A program made the position numbers and the translations under genes. Source: an uncultured Spirochaetales bacterium (GTDB lineage: Bacteria; Spirochaetota; Spirochaetia; SPDA01; CAYXSD01). From it: a stretch of 60,983 bases of DNA. Each line of letters opens with the position of its first letter. The first letter of the stretch is position 1. Location of the stretch: contig CAYXSD010000003.1 in assembly GCA_964466335.1 (NCBI GenBank), forward strand, positions 37,450 through 98,432, given 5' to 3'. Of the stretch, positions 46,643-56,668 are shown piece after piece. The notes under the pieces were generated by a model. That model saw only the letters and a list, made by a program, of their open reading frames with translations, was not told the origin of the DNA and ran no database searches.

Positions 46643-48265
46643 ATGAAAGAAGTTTCACTTCGTACTGCCCGTAACGGAAGCACAATAGCTTTTTTAAACG
46701 GCGTAAGACTTCAATCTCCATACGATCCTCAAAAAGAAGCTGAAAAATTTATTTATCTTCAAACCTCTGGAACTGTACCTAATACAATTATTTTTTTTGG
46801 TTGTTCATTAGGATACCTTCCTTTAACTGCTCGAAAATTATTTCCCCAGACAAAGATTATCGCTTTATTTCTTACTGACATTTTTTATGAGCAATCAAAA
46901 AATATTCTTCATAACAAAAATATCATTTCTTGGTCCGAAAAATCCCATGGTTTGCTTACGTCTTTTTTATCTGAACACTTGTTTGAAACTGATATTCCAC
47001 ATCTTCTTTTTCTTTCGTGGCCTGCTGCCACAGAGGCTTTACCCAACTATTTTAGGAATATTTCTTCAGTTGTAAAAAGTATAATACAACAACATAACGG
47101 GAGTTTAAAAACGACCAAGGTTTTTGGTAAGCGCTGGATTAAGAATGTACTTAACAATTTTATAAATAACCGAATGTATGCGGGTTTATCTGCCATTGAA
47201 AAACCTATACTTGTTACCGCTTCCGGCCCATCCCTCAATGAAACATTGCCCTTAGTAATATCTCATCGAAAAAAATTTTGTCTTATTGCTCTACCCTCCT
47301 CTCTTAAAGCATTACAATATTATTCCATCTATCCTGATTTTGTTATCACTACAGATCCAGGTTTTTGGGCAGGCCAACATCTATATTCTCTCCATCCTTC
47401 TTCTGTATTAGTAGCACCTCTTTCCGCACAACTTCACCATTTTAACAATGATAATCCTATTGCCTTAATTTCTGATGGTGTTCCGGGCGAAAAGAACTGT
47501 ATATTTCATGAGAGACTCCCATACATTTCTCTTCCTCCTAACGGCACTGTTGCGGGAACCGCGTTAGAATTTTCCTTTTACTATACGAATAACTCTATTT
47601 TTTTCCTTGGCTTCGATCTAGCAGTACGAGATATACAAGGGCATGTAATTCCTCATCCTTTTGATTTACACTTGTGTCTTTCTACATACCGGTACCATCC
47701 ACTTCAATATGAGTATTTTGAACGGGCGCTTTTATTCTATCCGGATCGCATGAAATCGAAATACTATAGAACTTCTAAAAGCCTTGAAACGTATGCTAAT
47801 TGGTTTCGTAGGAATTCGAATCGTTGGAAAAAACGTATTTACAGGGTCGGATTTTCTCCAGTTTCGCTGCCGAATATTCCTTTTATTGATAATAAAGAAT
47901 TTACAGAGATACTCTCTGATATTCCTGTACCGACAAAAGAGGAACAAAATTGCAAGAAAGAGTACAGTATTTTTCCACTATCTTCCAAACGAAATCAAAG
48001 AGTGGAATTTGTAACCTCGCTTCTTAATTCGTGGATTAAAAAAATTGAAAATGAAAAAAATATTTTTTTTTACAAAGAACAGTATCTTCCCATAGACCCA
48101 ATAATTAAAGAATTATTTAAGTATATAGTAACTCAAGATTATATAGATTCCAAAAATCTTCTCTTAGTAAGAGGTAGAAAAAAATGGGAAGACTATTTTT
48201 TTTCTTCCCTTAGCCGTCTTAAAATGGAACTAACTTCATTAAGGGGTATGATTACGGATGTATAA
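46643..48265 (+). CDS. Motility accessory factor (Maf/DUF115, MptE-like) 1
   Basis: LQSPYDPQKEA, TASGPSL, TTDPG, GTVAGTAL, FLGFDL. Confidence 0.8.
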   Translation: MKEVSLRTARNGSTIAFLNGVRLQSPYDPQKEAEKFIYLQTSGTVPNTIIFFGCSLGYLPLTARKLFPQTKIIALFLTDIFYEQSKNILHNKNIISWSEKSHGLLTSFLSEHLFETDIPHLLFLSWPAATEALPNYFRNISSVVKSIIQQHNGSLKTTKVFGKRWIKNVLNNFINNRMYAGLSAIEKPILVTASGPSLNETLPLVISHRKKFCLIALPSSLKALQYYSIYPDFVITTDPGFWAGQHLYSLHPSSVLVAPLSAQLHHFNNDNPIALISDGVPGEKNCIFHERLPYISLPPNGTVAGTALEFSFYYTNNSIFFLGFDLAVRDIQGHVIPHPFDLHLCLSTYRYHPLQYEYFERALLFYPDRMKSKYYRTSKSLETYANWFRRNSNRWKKRIYRVGFSPVSLPNIPFIDNKEFTEILSDIPVPTKEEQNCKKEYSIFPLSSKRNQRVEFVTSLLNSWIKKIENEKNIFFYKEQYLPIDPIIKELFKYIVTQDYIDSKNLLLVRGRKKWEDYFFSSLSRLKMELTSLRGMITDV

Positions 48266-49925
48266 TCGACACCTTTTCGAAAAAAATCTCCTCGCTCTCT
48301 CATCTCGGCATCCTCAACTTGCAAAGTCCGCAGCCACTGTAACCCCTTCAAAATTCTCAAGCGTGTGTACAAGTCGGACCGGTCTTCCCGTTCCTTTTAT
48401 TGAAAAGGGTGGTCGACAATATCCTTTGCACTCTACTTTCGATCCATTAAAAGAGTCTAAACGCTTATACCAACAAAATCCTAAGGAACATTTTCTTATA
48501 TTTTTTGGTCTAGGCGGTGGATACCATATCGCACCTTACCTAGAAAATAAAAATGTTTCTTATGCTATTATCATTGAAAGAGAAATATCTCATTTCGCTT
48601 TTTTGCTTTCTGTCATCAATTTTCACAATCTATTTTTGGATCCCAGGGTTTTTCTTCTTGTTGACGTTAATGAAGATGAGATTAAAGAGGTAATTATTTC
48701 GAAATATGTTCCTCCAATTACCGGTGATATCTCTACTGTAAGTCTCCGCTCTCAACTTGTTCATGATGAACCATATTTTTTACGTATTACCCAGGGGATA
48801 AAAGAGGCATTGAATGAAGTCTCTGATGATTATACGGTACAGACTCATTTTGGAAAAACCTGGTTTAAGAATACTATTGTTAATTTAGCAACGGCAGAAA
48901 AATCTTATCCCTCTTTAGGCCCTGTAAGGAAAGCAATAATTACCGGGGCCGGTCCTTCATTGGAAATGCAGATACCGACATTACTAAAGAAAAAAGAAGA
49001 ATCTACTCTTATAGCTACTGATACTTCCCTTCCAGCCCTTTTAGAACAGAACATTTTGCCGGATATCGTCATATCCATCGATTGTCAGCATATTTCATAT
49101 CATCACTTTATCTCAGGTTTACCGAAAGATATCCCCCTAATATTAGATTTAGCAAGCCCTCCTGTTTTAACAAGACTCACCAAGAACCCGGTTTTTTTCT
49201 CCAGTGGACATCCTTTTTCCCGCTATGTTAGTACTCATTGGCGTCCCTTTCCCACTATTGACACATCGGGAGGCAATGTAAGTCATGCTGCTATTTCATT
49301 AGCAGATTTTCTTGGAGCAAAGGAAATATATCTTTTCGGACTAGACTTCTCTTTCCCGCAAGGGAAATCCTATGCCAGGGGCACATATCTATATAAAATG
49401 TTTGGCAGTATTTCAAACAGAACTAGTCCGGAAGAATCCCTATTTTTTCAATTTCTTTTAAGAAATGAAAATATAACTCTCGAAAAAAAAGACGACTACA
49501 TCATTTACACAACGAAACCAATGATAAGCTATAAGGAACGTCTGGAAAAAGCAGCTTCCTCTTTAAGCAGCAATCTTGTCCCGCAACATGGAATGGGAGT
49601 ACCTCTTAATATCGATACCAATCGACTTGTGGGCAGACCACAAAACAAAAAGACTCTTTTCGCGGCAGGCAAAGCTAACATGACAGCAAAAAGTTTTTTG
49701 GAATCTTATAAACAGAAAATTCAATCTCTATCAACACCCTACCACCCTTTCGCAAAATATTTTCAAGGTTTAGGAGATACAGAAAAAGAATTGTGGTTTA
49801 CGATGTTTCCGGCGACAGCAAAAATACGAAAAGAAACCGGCCCCTTAGAAGGAATAGAAATCCTTGACCAGGTTAGAAATTGGTCTCTTGAAGTTCTTAA
49901 GCATACGATTTCATCTCTTTACTGA
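48258..49925 (+). CDS. Motility accessory factor (Maf/DUF115, MptE-like) 2
   Basis: LHSTFDPLKE, FGLGGGYH, GAGPSL, ATDTS, SIDCQ, GGNVSHAA, LFGLDFS. Confidence 0.85.
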   Translation: MYNRHLFEKNLLALSSRHPQLAKSAATVTPSKFSSVCTSRTGLPVPFIEKGGRQYPLHSTFDPLKESKRLYQQNPKEHFLIFFGLGGGYHIAPYLENKNVSYAIIIEREISHFAFLLSVINFHNLFLDPRVFLLVDVNEDEIKEVIISKYVPPITGDISTVSLRSQLVHDEPYFLRITQGIKEALNEVSDDYTVQTHFGKTWFKNTIVNLATAEKSYPSLGPVRKAIITGAGPSLEMQIPTLLKKKEESTLIATDTSLPALLEQNILPDIVISIDCQHISYHHFISGLPKDIPLILDLASPPVLTRLTKNPVFFSSGHPFSRYVSTHWRPFPTIDTSGGNVSHAAISLADFLGAKEIYLFGLDFSFPQGKSYARGTYLYKMFGSISNRTSPEESLFFQFLLRNENITLEKKDDYIIYTTKPMISYKERLEKAASSLSSNLVPQHGMGVPLNIDTNRLVGRPQNKKTLFAAGKANMTAKSFLESYKQKIQSLSTPYHPFAKYFQGLGDTEKELWFTMFPATAKIRKETGPLEGIEILDQVRNWSLEVLKHTISSLY

Positions 49926-49929
49926 TCCT

Positions 49930-50763
49930 TTAGTTGTCTGTATAAATAATCCCTGCATACCCAACAAAGCTATCAGCTTGATGGATATCCAAACTTGTTT
50001 TGTAAGCAAGAAGCTTACCCTTTTCCAGGCCCTTAGAACGTGCAAAGATAAGCGCTGTAATAGCAGCTCCAACAGAACATGCTGCCCTATCCTCTACTCC
50101 TCTCGCTAAAGCTACTTTCTCATTCATATTTACTAGAGCTTCTATAATTCTTCTATCGTTATTTTCACGTACCCAGTTTTCAGCTTCAACACCGGTCCCT
50201 TTCGGATAGAATCCGTAATTGGGTCCATAATGGGTAAGGTCTGTTGATCCTAGTACTATTATTTGTCTATTTAGTTCTTTTGCTGTTTCTGCCAAAGCCG
50301 TTCCCAGTTCTGAAGCTTTTAGCCCCTGCTCAACCCTAAGGCAAAGAACTCTTTTATCAGGATAAAGATAGTGTACCATAGGTACCACCGATTCGACGGT
50401 ATTGTCAGCCGAAGTATCCGAGGAAAGGGTCAACCGTTTTTCAACTTTTTGAGAGAATTCTTTGTCGCTTTTTACTATTCCCGTAGGCGTTTCCCAACCC
50501 TCATGTGTGTCCAAGAGAATGCCTCCATTTTTTGGCATGTGTCCTCCCACAACTACTACTGTTTCTATTTCAGGGGGTATTCTTCTTACAACATCGTATG
50601 TTATATCTCCGCTAAATACCCATCCTGCATGAGGAACAATTCCGGCAGTAATATTTTTCTCAGCTTCTACCATGTTGTTCTGCCATGATGATATCATTGC
50701 GGACATCTCATTTTCGTTATCTGGATACCAACCTCTGGGCAAGATCCTTCTTCTAATATTCAT
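49930..50763 (-). CDS. amrB: MEMO1/AmmeMemoRadiSam protein B
   Basis: GWYP, IVPHAGWVFSG, WETPTG, DNTVE, GSTDLTHYG, FVGYAGI. Confidence 0.85.
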   Translation of the reverse strand: MNIRRRILPRGWYPDNENEMSAMISSWQNNMVEAEKNITAGIVPHAGWVFSGDITYDVVRRIPPEIETVVVVGGHMPKNGGILLDTHEGWETPTGIVKSDKEFSQKVEKRLTLSSDTSADNTVESVVPMVHYLYPDKRVLCLRVEQGLKASELGTALAETAKELNRQIIVLGSTDLTHYGPNYGFYPKGTGVEAENWVRENNDRRIIEALVNMNEKVALARGVEDRAACSVGAAITALIFARSKGLEKGKLLAYKTSLDIHQADSFVGYAGIIYTDN

Positions 50764-50904
50764 GTTGCATCACCTCATCCCTCTTACGTACAATATAGTA
50801 AAATTTCATGGCTAATTCAAAAATACACCGGTTCAAACACTAAAAATTCGCAGATTTTAAAAAAACTATTCCCCTTTCCGCGTATTTTCGTATAATATAC
50901 AAAT

Positions 50905-52101
50905 ATGAAGGTGCGAAGTTTTTCCATTTATGTTTTTCTTAGTATTATAGTAATCATTGCAATTTTACTCTCGTCTTTTATGCGATACTATAATAAAAAG
51001 AGCAATGTTGAAAAAATTGCTCGTGAATCCTTTGAATCGGTAAAAAATACTCTTTCTTCAGCTTATTTAGCATCTGGAAGTTTTGAGGCCCCTTTTTTCA
51101 GCGAAGAAGTTAAACAGGTTTTTAAGAAAACCAATAATTTGCGTGTTGTAGCCCTGTATACAGAAAAGAGCGGTATTGAATATCTTTACGCAATTACGCC
51201 GCGTTATTTAGTGGCGGTACCGGATCCTTAGACTGAATGGACCCCCTGGAGCTCCTATAGACTCCCAACCTTAATGGATAACCTTTTTTTTTTGTCTCTT
51301 TCTCTTCCTAATGGTGAATCTTATAGAATTGATGGTGTGTATACCCTTATTTCGCAAACAGCTCTTTTTCAGATTATTCGCGACAGCTTCCTGCTATTAA
51401 TTCTTTTTTTACTATTCTCACTCTCATTCAACCTTCTTTTTTTAAGATCTAAGCGGGCACTTCCTGACCTAGAGCGCCATGAAAAAGATAGTAAAGAGTC
51501 ATCTGACCTCCAGAGCCACACTCCTGCCCTTGGGTCCACAGCTGAAGGCTTTTCAAAAATAACCTCATCTTCTATTTCAGATTCGAGTATTGGTCAATGT
51601 GAGAACAAAGACAGGCCGGAAATGAAAGGGGGGTTGTCTTATATAAAACAGCGACTCAGCTTTGAACTCGAACGCGCTGCCTCTTTCGATCAAGATCTTA
51701 CCTTGGTAGTTTTGGAATGTGTGGAAGACTGCGGAACAAAAGAGATCTACAATAACATCGGCAGCACTTTGGCTGAAACCATTAGCTTTCAGGATTTAAT
51801 TTTCGAATGTGGAAAAAAGGGATTTGCCATTATTATCCCAAATGTTGATTTAGATACTACTATAAAGGACCTTGAACTTTTTCAGAAAAAAATTACTGAA
51901 AAGAACGATAAACCCAGCAACCTGCGCTTTGGTGTAAGTTCAAGAAACGGGCGACTCATTCGTTCAGATCTTCTCCTGAAAGAAAGTCTCCTGGCGCTAA
52001 GAAAGGCCAAAAATGAGAAAGGACCTCATATAGTGGGTTTCAGAAGTGATCCGGAAAAATACAGAAACTATATTACGAACCACGAAACTGCCAAAGGTTA
52101 A
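50905..52101 (+). pseudogene. Two-TM membrane protein with degenerate GGDEF domain, interrupted by one in-frame TAG at 51229-51231
   Basis: ORFs 50905-51231 and 51274-52101 are in the same frame with 14 sense codons between them. The joined product has TM-periplasmic-TM-GGDEF-like architecture. Confidence 0.65.
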
Positions 52102-52121
52102 ATTGTTCCTATTCATTAATT

Positions 52122-53048
52122 CTATTCGATAAATGGGATAGTAATGACTTTCCTGTCTCTCGAGAGATGGGTATTAGAAAAAACAGCAGCCGCTTCTTTC
52201 TTAAGTGTTTTTAAGTCTCTCTCTGTGTATCTTGGGCTGTAGTGGATCAGCTCCATTCTTTTTACGCTGCCGTCTCTGCCAATTCTTCCCGCCTGTTCAG
52301 CGGTCAAATGCTTTTTCTCCCTGGCACTTTCTTCCAAATCTTTTGTGAACATTGCTTCGCAGATTAGTAAGTCTGAGTTGCTCACCCTTTCGGCTATGTG
52401 TGGTTTATAGGTAGTGTCTGTTACAAAGGAAAACTTTCTTCCCTTTCTCGGCTGTCCCATGACCTGCTCAGATGTTATCCAATCTCCATTCTCTCCTATT
52501 ACACTTTCTCCGTTCTGTAATTGTGACCACTTTGGCCCCCTTGGTACGCCCATGGATTCAGCTTTCTCCGGGTAAAAGACACCTGGCCTTTCATCTTCAA
52601 TAAAGGTGTATCCATAGCAGGGCTTCGTATGGCTCAATGGAAAAGCTTGGACTGTAAAACCGTCTCCCGTATATACGGGCCCCTCTTCGGTAATCTCATG
52701 TACATGAATTTCATAATTAATGTACATATCCAAGACTCTTCTGCTGGTTTCGATGTACTCCTTTATTTTTGGAGGACCAATAATATAGAGAGGATCTTCT
52801 CTGTCAACTTGTGAGGAGAGCATTAACATACCCGGTATCCCGGTTACATGGTCAGCGTGGGTATGGCTTACAAAAATAACAGAGATCTTTTTCCATCGTA
52901 GATTTAATCGACGTAGAGAAACTTGAGTTCCCTCTCCGCAGTCAAAGAGGAACAACTGCCCCTCCCGTCGTAATAACACAGAAGTAAGATGCCTGTGTGG
53001 TAACGGCATCATACCTCCGCTTCCAAGTATAAAAGCTTCCAGGTTCAT
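52122..53048 (-). CDS. rnz: Ribonuclease Z
   Basis: FDCGEGTQ, SHTHADH, flexible arm GVPRGP, FVTDT, CEAMF, IHYSPRY. Confidence 0.95.
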   Translation of the reverse strand: MNLEAFILGSGGMMPLPHRHLTSVLLRREGQLFLFDCGEGTQVSLRRLNLRWKKISVIFVSHTHADHVTGIPGMLMLSSQVDREDPLYIIGPPKIKEYIETSRRVLDMYINYEIHVHEITEEGPVYTGDGFTVQAFPLSHTKPCYGYTFIEDERPGVFYPEKAESMGVPRGPKWSQLQNGESVIGENGDWITSEQVMGQPRKGRKFSFVTDTTYKPHIAERVSNSDLLICEAMFTKDLEESAREKKHLTAEQAGRIGRDGSVKRMELIHYSPRYTERDLKTLKKEAAAVFSNTHLSRDRKVITIPFIE

Positions 53049-53087
53049 TATACTGTCCAGTTTGTTACAGAAATAGTATTTCCGCAG

Positions 53088-55595
53088 TTAATTCAGAATA
53101 GGCTCAGGGGCCTTTTTCTCCTGTTTTTTTTCTCTGCTTTTTAAGCGGAAGGATAATTTTCCGCTTCGTACCCCTATGCCAATGGTATCGCCGGAAACAA
53201 ATCTTCCCTTTAGGATTTCCACAGATAGAGGATCTTCAAGATCTTTTTGTATTACCCGCCTTAAAGGGCGTGCTCCGTACTTAGCTTCGTATCCATGCCC
53301 AATGATGTACTCTTTTGCTTGTCGACTAACATCCATGAGCATGTTCATCTCATGCAGCCTTTCCATTACCTCTTCCAACATAATCTCAACAATAATTTTT
53401 AGCTGTTCGTGGTTGAGACTGTGAAACACCACGATTTCATCGACTCGGTTAATGAATTCCGGTCTAAATAGGCGTTTGAGTTCATTCATAGCAGAGGATT
53501 TTATGTCAGCGTAACTCATGAAACCATCTTGCGCTTTAAACCCCACATTACTGCTATGAGAAATCTCTCTGGCGCCGGCGTTAGAGGTCATTATAAGTAT
53601 AGTATTTCGAAAGGAGACTTTATGTCCAAGATTGTCCTGAAGCTCGCCTTCCTCTAACACCTGAAGAAGCATATTAAAAACGTCAGGGTGGGCCTTCTCA
53701 ATTTCGTCTAAAAGCACAACACTGTATGGTCTTCTTCGTATTTTCTCTGTTAACAGTCCTCCTTCTTCATAACCAACATACCCGGGAGGCGCGCCGACAA
53801 GACGAGAAACGTTATGCTTCTCCATAAAGTCGCTCATGTCTATTCTCACCAGAGCATCTTCGTCTCCGAAGAGGAATTCTGCCAGTGTTTTTGCGAGGAG
53901 AGACTTACCCACACCAGTAGGCCCAAGAAAAACGAAAGAACCCATCGGCCTTTTTGGCGAATTTAGTCCTATTCTGCTCCGCCGAATCGAAGAAGCAACC
54001 GCTACAATAGCCTGGTCTTGACCGATGACTGTTCTATGTAGTTCTTCTTCAATATGTAGGAGCTTCTGAGATTCGCTCTCCGCCAAACGGGACAGAGGAA
54101 TCCCTGTAATATTGGAAATAACCAACTGTATATCGTGGGAGTCCACGATGTTTTTTTCATTCCTTAGAGAGATCTTCCAGTCATTTTTCATCTCCTCCAC
54201 CCGTTCCTTTAACTGACGTACAGTGTCTCGGATGGCTGCCGCTTTTTCATAGTTTTGGCTGTTTACCAACGCCATTTTTTCGCCTGTTAGGTCCTCAATT
54301 TCTTTCTCCAATTCGGCAAGTTCCTTCGGTCTTACACTGTTATGTATTCTCTTCCTAGAACCTGCCTCATCTATAAGATCTATCGCCTTGTCAGGTAGAA
54401 AGCGGTCAGAAACATACCTATGGGAAAGGTGTACAGCTAACTCCAATGCACCAGGGGTGTAGGTAACATTGTGATGTTCCTCATACCTTAATTTTATCCC
54501 CTCTAAGATTCTAAGACTTTCCGCGGCATTCGGCTGGTCTACATAAATCATCTGGAAACGGCGCTCTAAGGCTGCGTCCTTTTCAATGTACTTCTTATAC
54601 TCATTTAACGTTGTAGCACCTATGCACTGTAATTCACCCCTTGATAGAGCAGGTTTTAGCATATTCGAGGCATCGATGGCTCCTTCAGCGCCTCCTGCCC
54701 CTATAATAGTGTGGAGTTCATCTATGAAAAGAATGATATTCTTAGCGGTAACAATCTCTTTCATTACTCGCTTTAATCGTTCTTCGAATTCACCACGGTA
54801 CTTCGTCCCCGCGATAAGAGATGCCAGATCCAGAGTCATTACCCGTTTACCCATAAGTACCTCGGGGGCGCTTCCATCTACAATCTTTTGGGCCAAACCC
54901 TCCACTATTGCTGTCTTTCCTACACCTGGTTCACCTATGAGGACAGGATTGTTTTTTGTGCGGCGAGCTAAAATTTGTATTACCCTCTGTATTTCGTTTT
55001 CTCTACCAATAACAGGATCAAGCTTTTTCTGCCGCGCGTAATCCGTTAAATCCCGTGAAAACTCATCTACCGTTGGAGTGGTCTTTTTTGCTCCCCCACT
55101 GTGGACCTTGCGTTTCTGTTGATACGGCTGCTGACTTTGGCCTTCTTTCGGTGGAGAAGAGCCGCTAACCTCAACAATTGCCGCTCTAATATCTTCTACA
55201 CTGACATTATGCCGTTTTAGAACCCGGTCTACTACGCTGCCGTCTTCCTTAGCCGCCGCCAAAAGTAGATGTTCCGTACCGATATATTCATGCCCTAAAC
55301 TTCTTGCTTCTTCCGCGGAACCTTCCAGGACTTTTTTTCCCCGCTTTGAAGGGGGAACATCGCCCAGGACAAAGCCCCCAGTCTTTTTAGTTATGCTTTC
55401 CTCCACCTCCAGCTGCATTTCCGCCGGATCAATATGTAGCTTTGTTACTATTTTATATCCTAAACCCCCGCCGTCTTTCATAATCGCGAGAATGATATGC
55501 TCAGGCAACAACTGATCTGAATGGAAACGTTTTGCTTCCTGTTGTGCCAGTATTGTCAATATTCTCTGTGCTCTCTGTGTCAAGCCTTTGAACAT
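53088..55595 (-). CDS. clpC: ClpC AAA+ chaperone
   Basis: Clp N-domain, GEPGVGKT and GPTGVGKS Walker A motifs, UVR-like M domain. Confidence 0.93.
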   Translation of the reverse strand: MFKGLTQRAQRILTILAQQEAKRFHSDQLLPEHIILAIMKDGGGLGYKIVTKLHIDPAEMQLEVEESITKKTGGFVLGDVPPSKRGKKVLEGSAEEARSLGHEYIGTEHLLLAAAKEDGSVVDRVLKRHNVSVEDIRAAIVEVSGSSPPKEGQSQQPYQQKRKVHSGGAKKTTPTVDEFSRDLTDYARQKKLDPVIGRENEIQRVIQILARRTKNNPVLIGEPGVGKTAIVEGLAQKIVDGSAPEVLMGKRVMTLDLASLIAGTKYRGEFEERLKRVMKEIVTAKNIILFIDELHTIIGAGGAEGAIDASNMLKPALSRGELQCIGATTLNEYKKYIEKDAALERRFQMIYVDQPNAAESLRILEGIKLRYEEHHNVTYTPGALELAVHLSHRYVSDRFLPDKAIDLIDEAGSRKRIHNSVRPKELAELEKEIEDLTGEKMALVNSQNYEKAAAIRDTVRQLKERVEEMKNDWKISLRNEKNIVDSHDIQLVISNITGIPLSRLAESESQKLLHIEEELHRTVIGQDQAIVAVASSIRRSRIGLNSPKRPMGSFVFLGPTGVGKSLLAKTLAEFLFGDEDALVRIDMSDFMEKHNVSRLVGAPPGYVGYEEGGLLTEKIRRRPYSVVLLDEIEKAHPDVFNMLLQVLEEGELQDNLGHKVSFRNTILIMTSNAGAREISHSSNVGFKAQDGFMSYADIKSSAMNELKRLFRPEFINRVDEIVVFHSLNHEQLKIIVEIMLEEVMERLHEMNMLMDVSRQAKEYIIGHGYEAKYGARPLRRVIQKDLEDPLSVEILKGRFVSGDTIGIGVRSGKLSFRLKSREKKQEKKAPEPILN

Positions 55596-55606
55596 TTATT
55601 CCTCCA

Positions 55607-56668
55607 TTATATATTACAGGACATTAGGGTATCTCTCACCACCTGTGCCCTCACATAGTCTATATATTTACTATCGGCACCCATTTCTTTACTGCTTATC
55701 CTCTTTTGTATGTGCGACTTCTGAGTTCTAAACAGAAGAGATGTCAGCAGCTCAATCGGCACTTTCAGCCAACCCAGGGCCGATCCCAATCTAAGAGAAG
55801 AAATAAGCTCTATTGCCTCTCGAGCGGGCAGATAACGGCAATATTTTAAGATTCCCACCGCACGGAATATTCGATCTTCCGTATCCACCCTTCTCTTTTC
55901 AATCATCTCTTCTCTTGCCCTTCTCTCATAATGTACTATCTGTTTGGTAATATTTTCAAGTTTTTCTATAATTTCTTTTTCAGAAATCCCGATTGTAGTT
56001 TGACTAGAGATCTGGTACATATCCCCTAAGGAATTCTCAGCATCACTAAAGAACCCCTTCACTGTCAGCCCAACCTGTACAACAGCTTTGAATGTTTTCT
56101 CAATCAACCCTGATTCTACCAGCGCGGGTAGATGAAGCATTACAGAACTTCTTAAACCGGTACCACTATTAGTTACTTCCGTATTTAGATACCCCAATTC
56201 AAAATTTACCGCGTAATCCATGTGTTCTTCCAATTCTCTATCTAAGGTGTCCAATTCCTCATATCCTCTTTGGAAACTTCCTCCCCCGTGTATTGCTGTC
56301 AACCTAAGATGGTCGATTTCATTTATCAACACCGAAAGTGTTTGATTGTCATTGAAAATTATTGCATTGTCCGATTTAAGCGAATACTCCTGACTTATTA
56401 TGTTTCTCTCTAACAGCATTTTTCTCTGGGAGGGCGAAAGTTGAGATAGAAGAAAGCGGTTATACAAGTTTTCTTTTGATATTTTATCAAATATCTCTAT
56501 TACTTCGTCCCTGAGTAGACGCTCTTCCTCTTTTTTCATCATTCCGGGAAAAGGATATCCTTGAAGATTTCTAGAGAGTCGTATCCTCGAAGCTAAGGCA
56601 ACATCGTTATCTTGTCCTGCTTCAAAAAACCAGCCTGTACCGTCTCCCAGGACATCATTGCTCACCAT
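55607..56668 (-). CDS. mcsB: McsB-family ATP:guanido phosphotransferase, catalytic residues altered
   Basis: SRIRLSRNL, GTGLRSSVMLHLPAL, YQIS; located between mcsA and clpC. Confidence 0.88.
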   Translation of the reverse strand: MVSNDVLGDGTGWFFEAGQDNDVALASRIRLSRNLQGYPFPGMMKKEEERLLRDEVIEIFDKISKENLYNRFLLSQLSPSQRKMLLERNIISQEYSLKSDNAIIFNDNQTLSVLINEIDHLRLTAIHGGGSFQRGYEELDTLDRELEEHMDYAVNFELGYLNTEVTNSGTGLRSSVMLHLPALVESGLIEKTFKAVVQVGLTVKGFFSDAENSLGDMYQISSQTTIGISEKEIIEKLENITKQIVHYERRAREEMIEKRRVDTEDRIFRAVGILKYCRYLPAREAIELISSLRLGSALGWLKVPIELLTSLLFRTQKSHIQKRISSKEMGADSKYIDYVRAQVVRDTLMSCNI

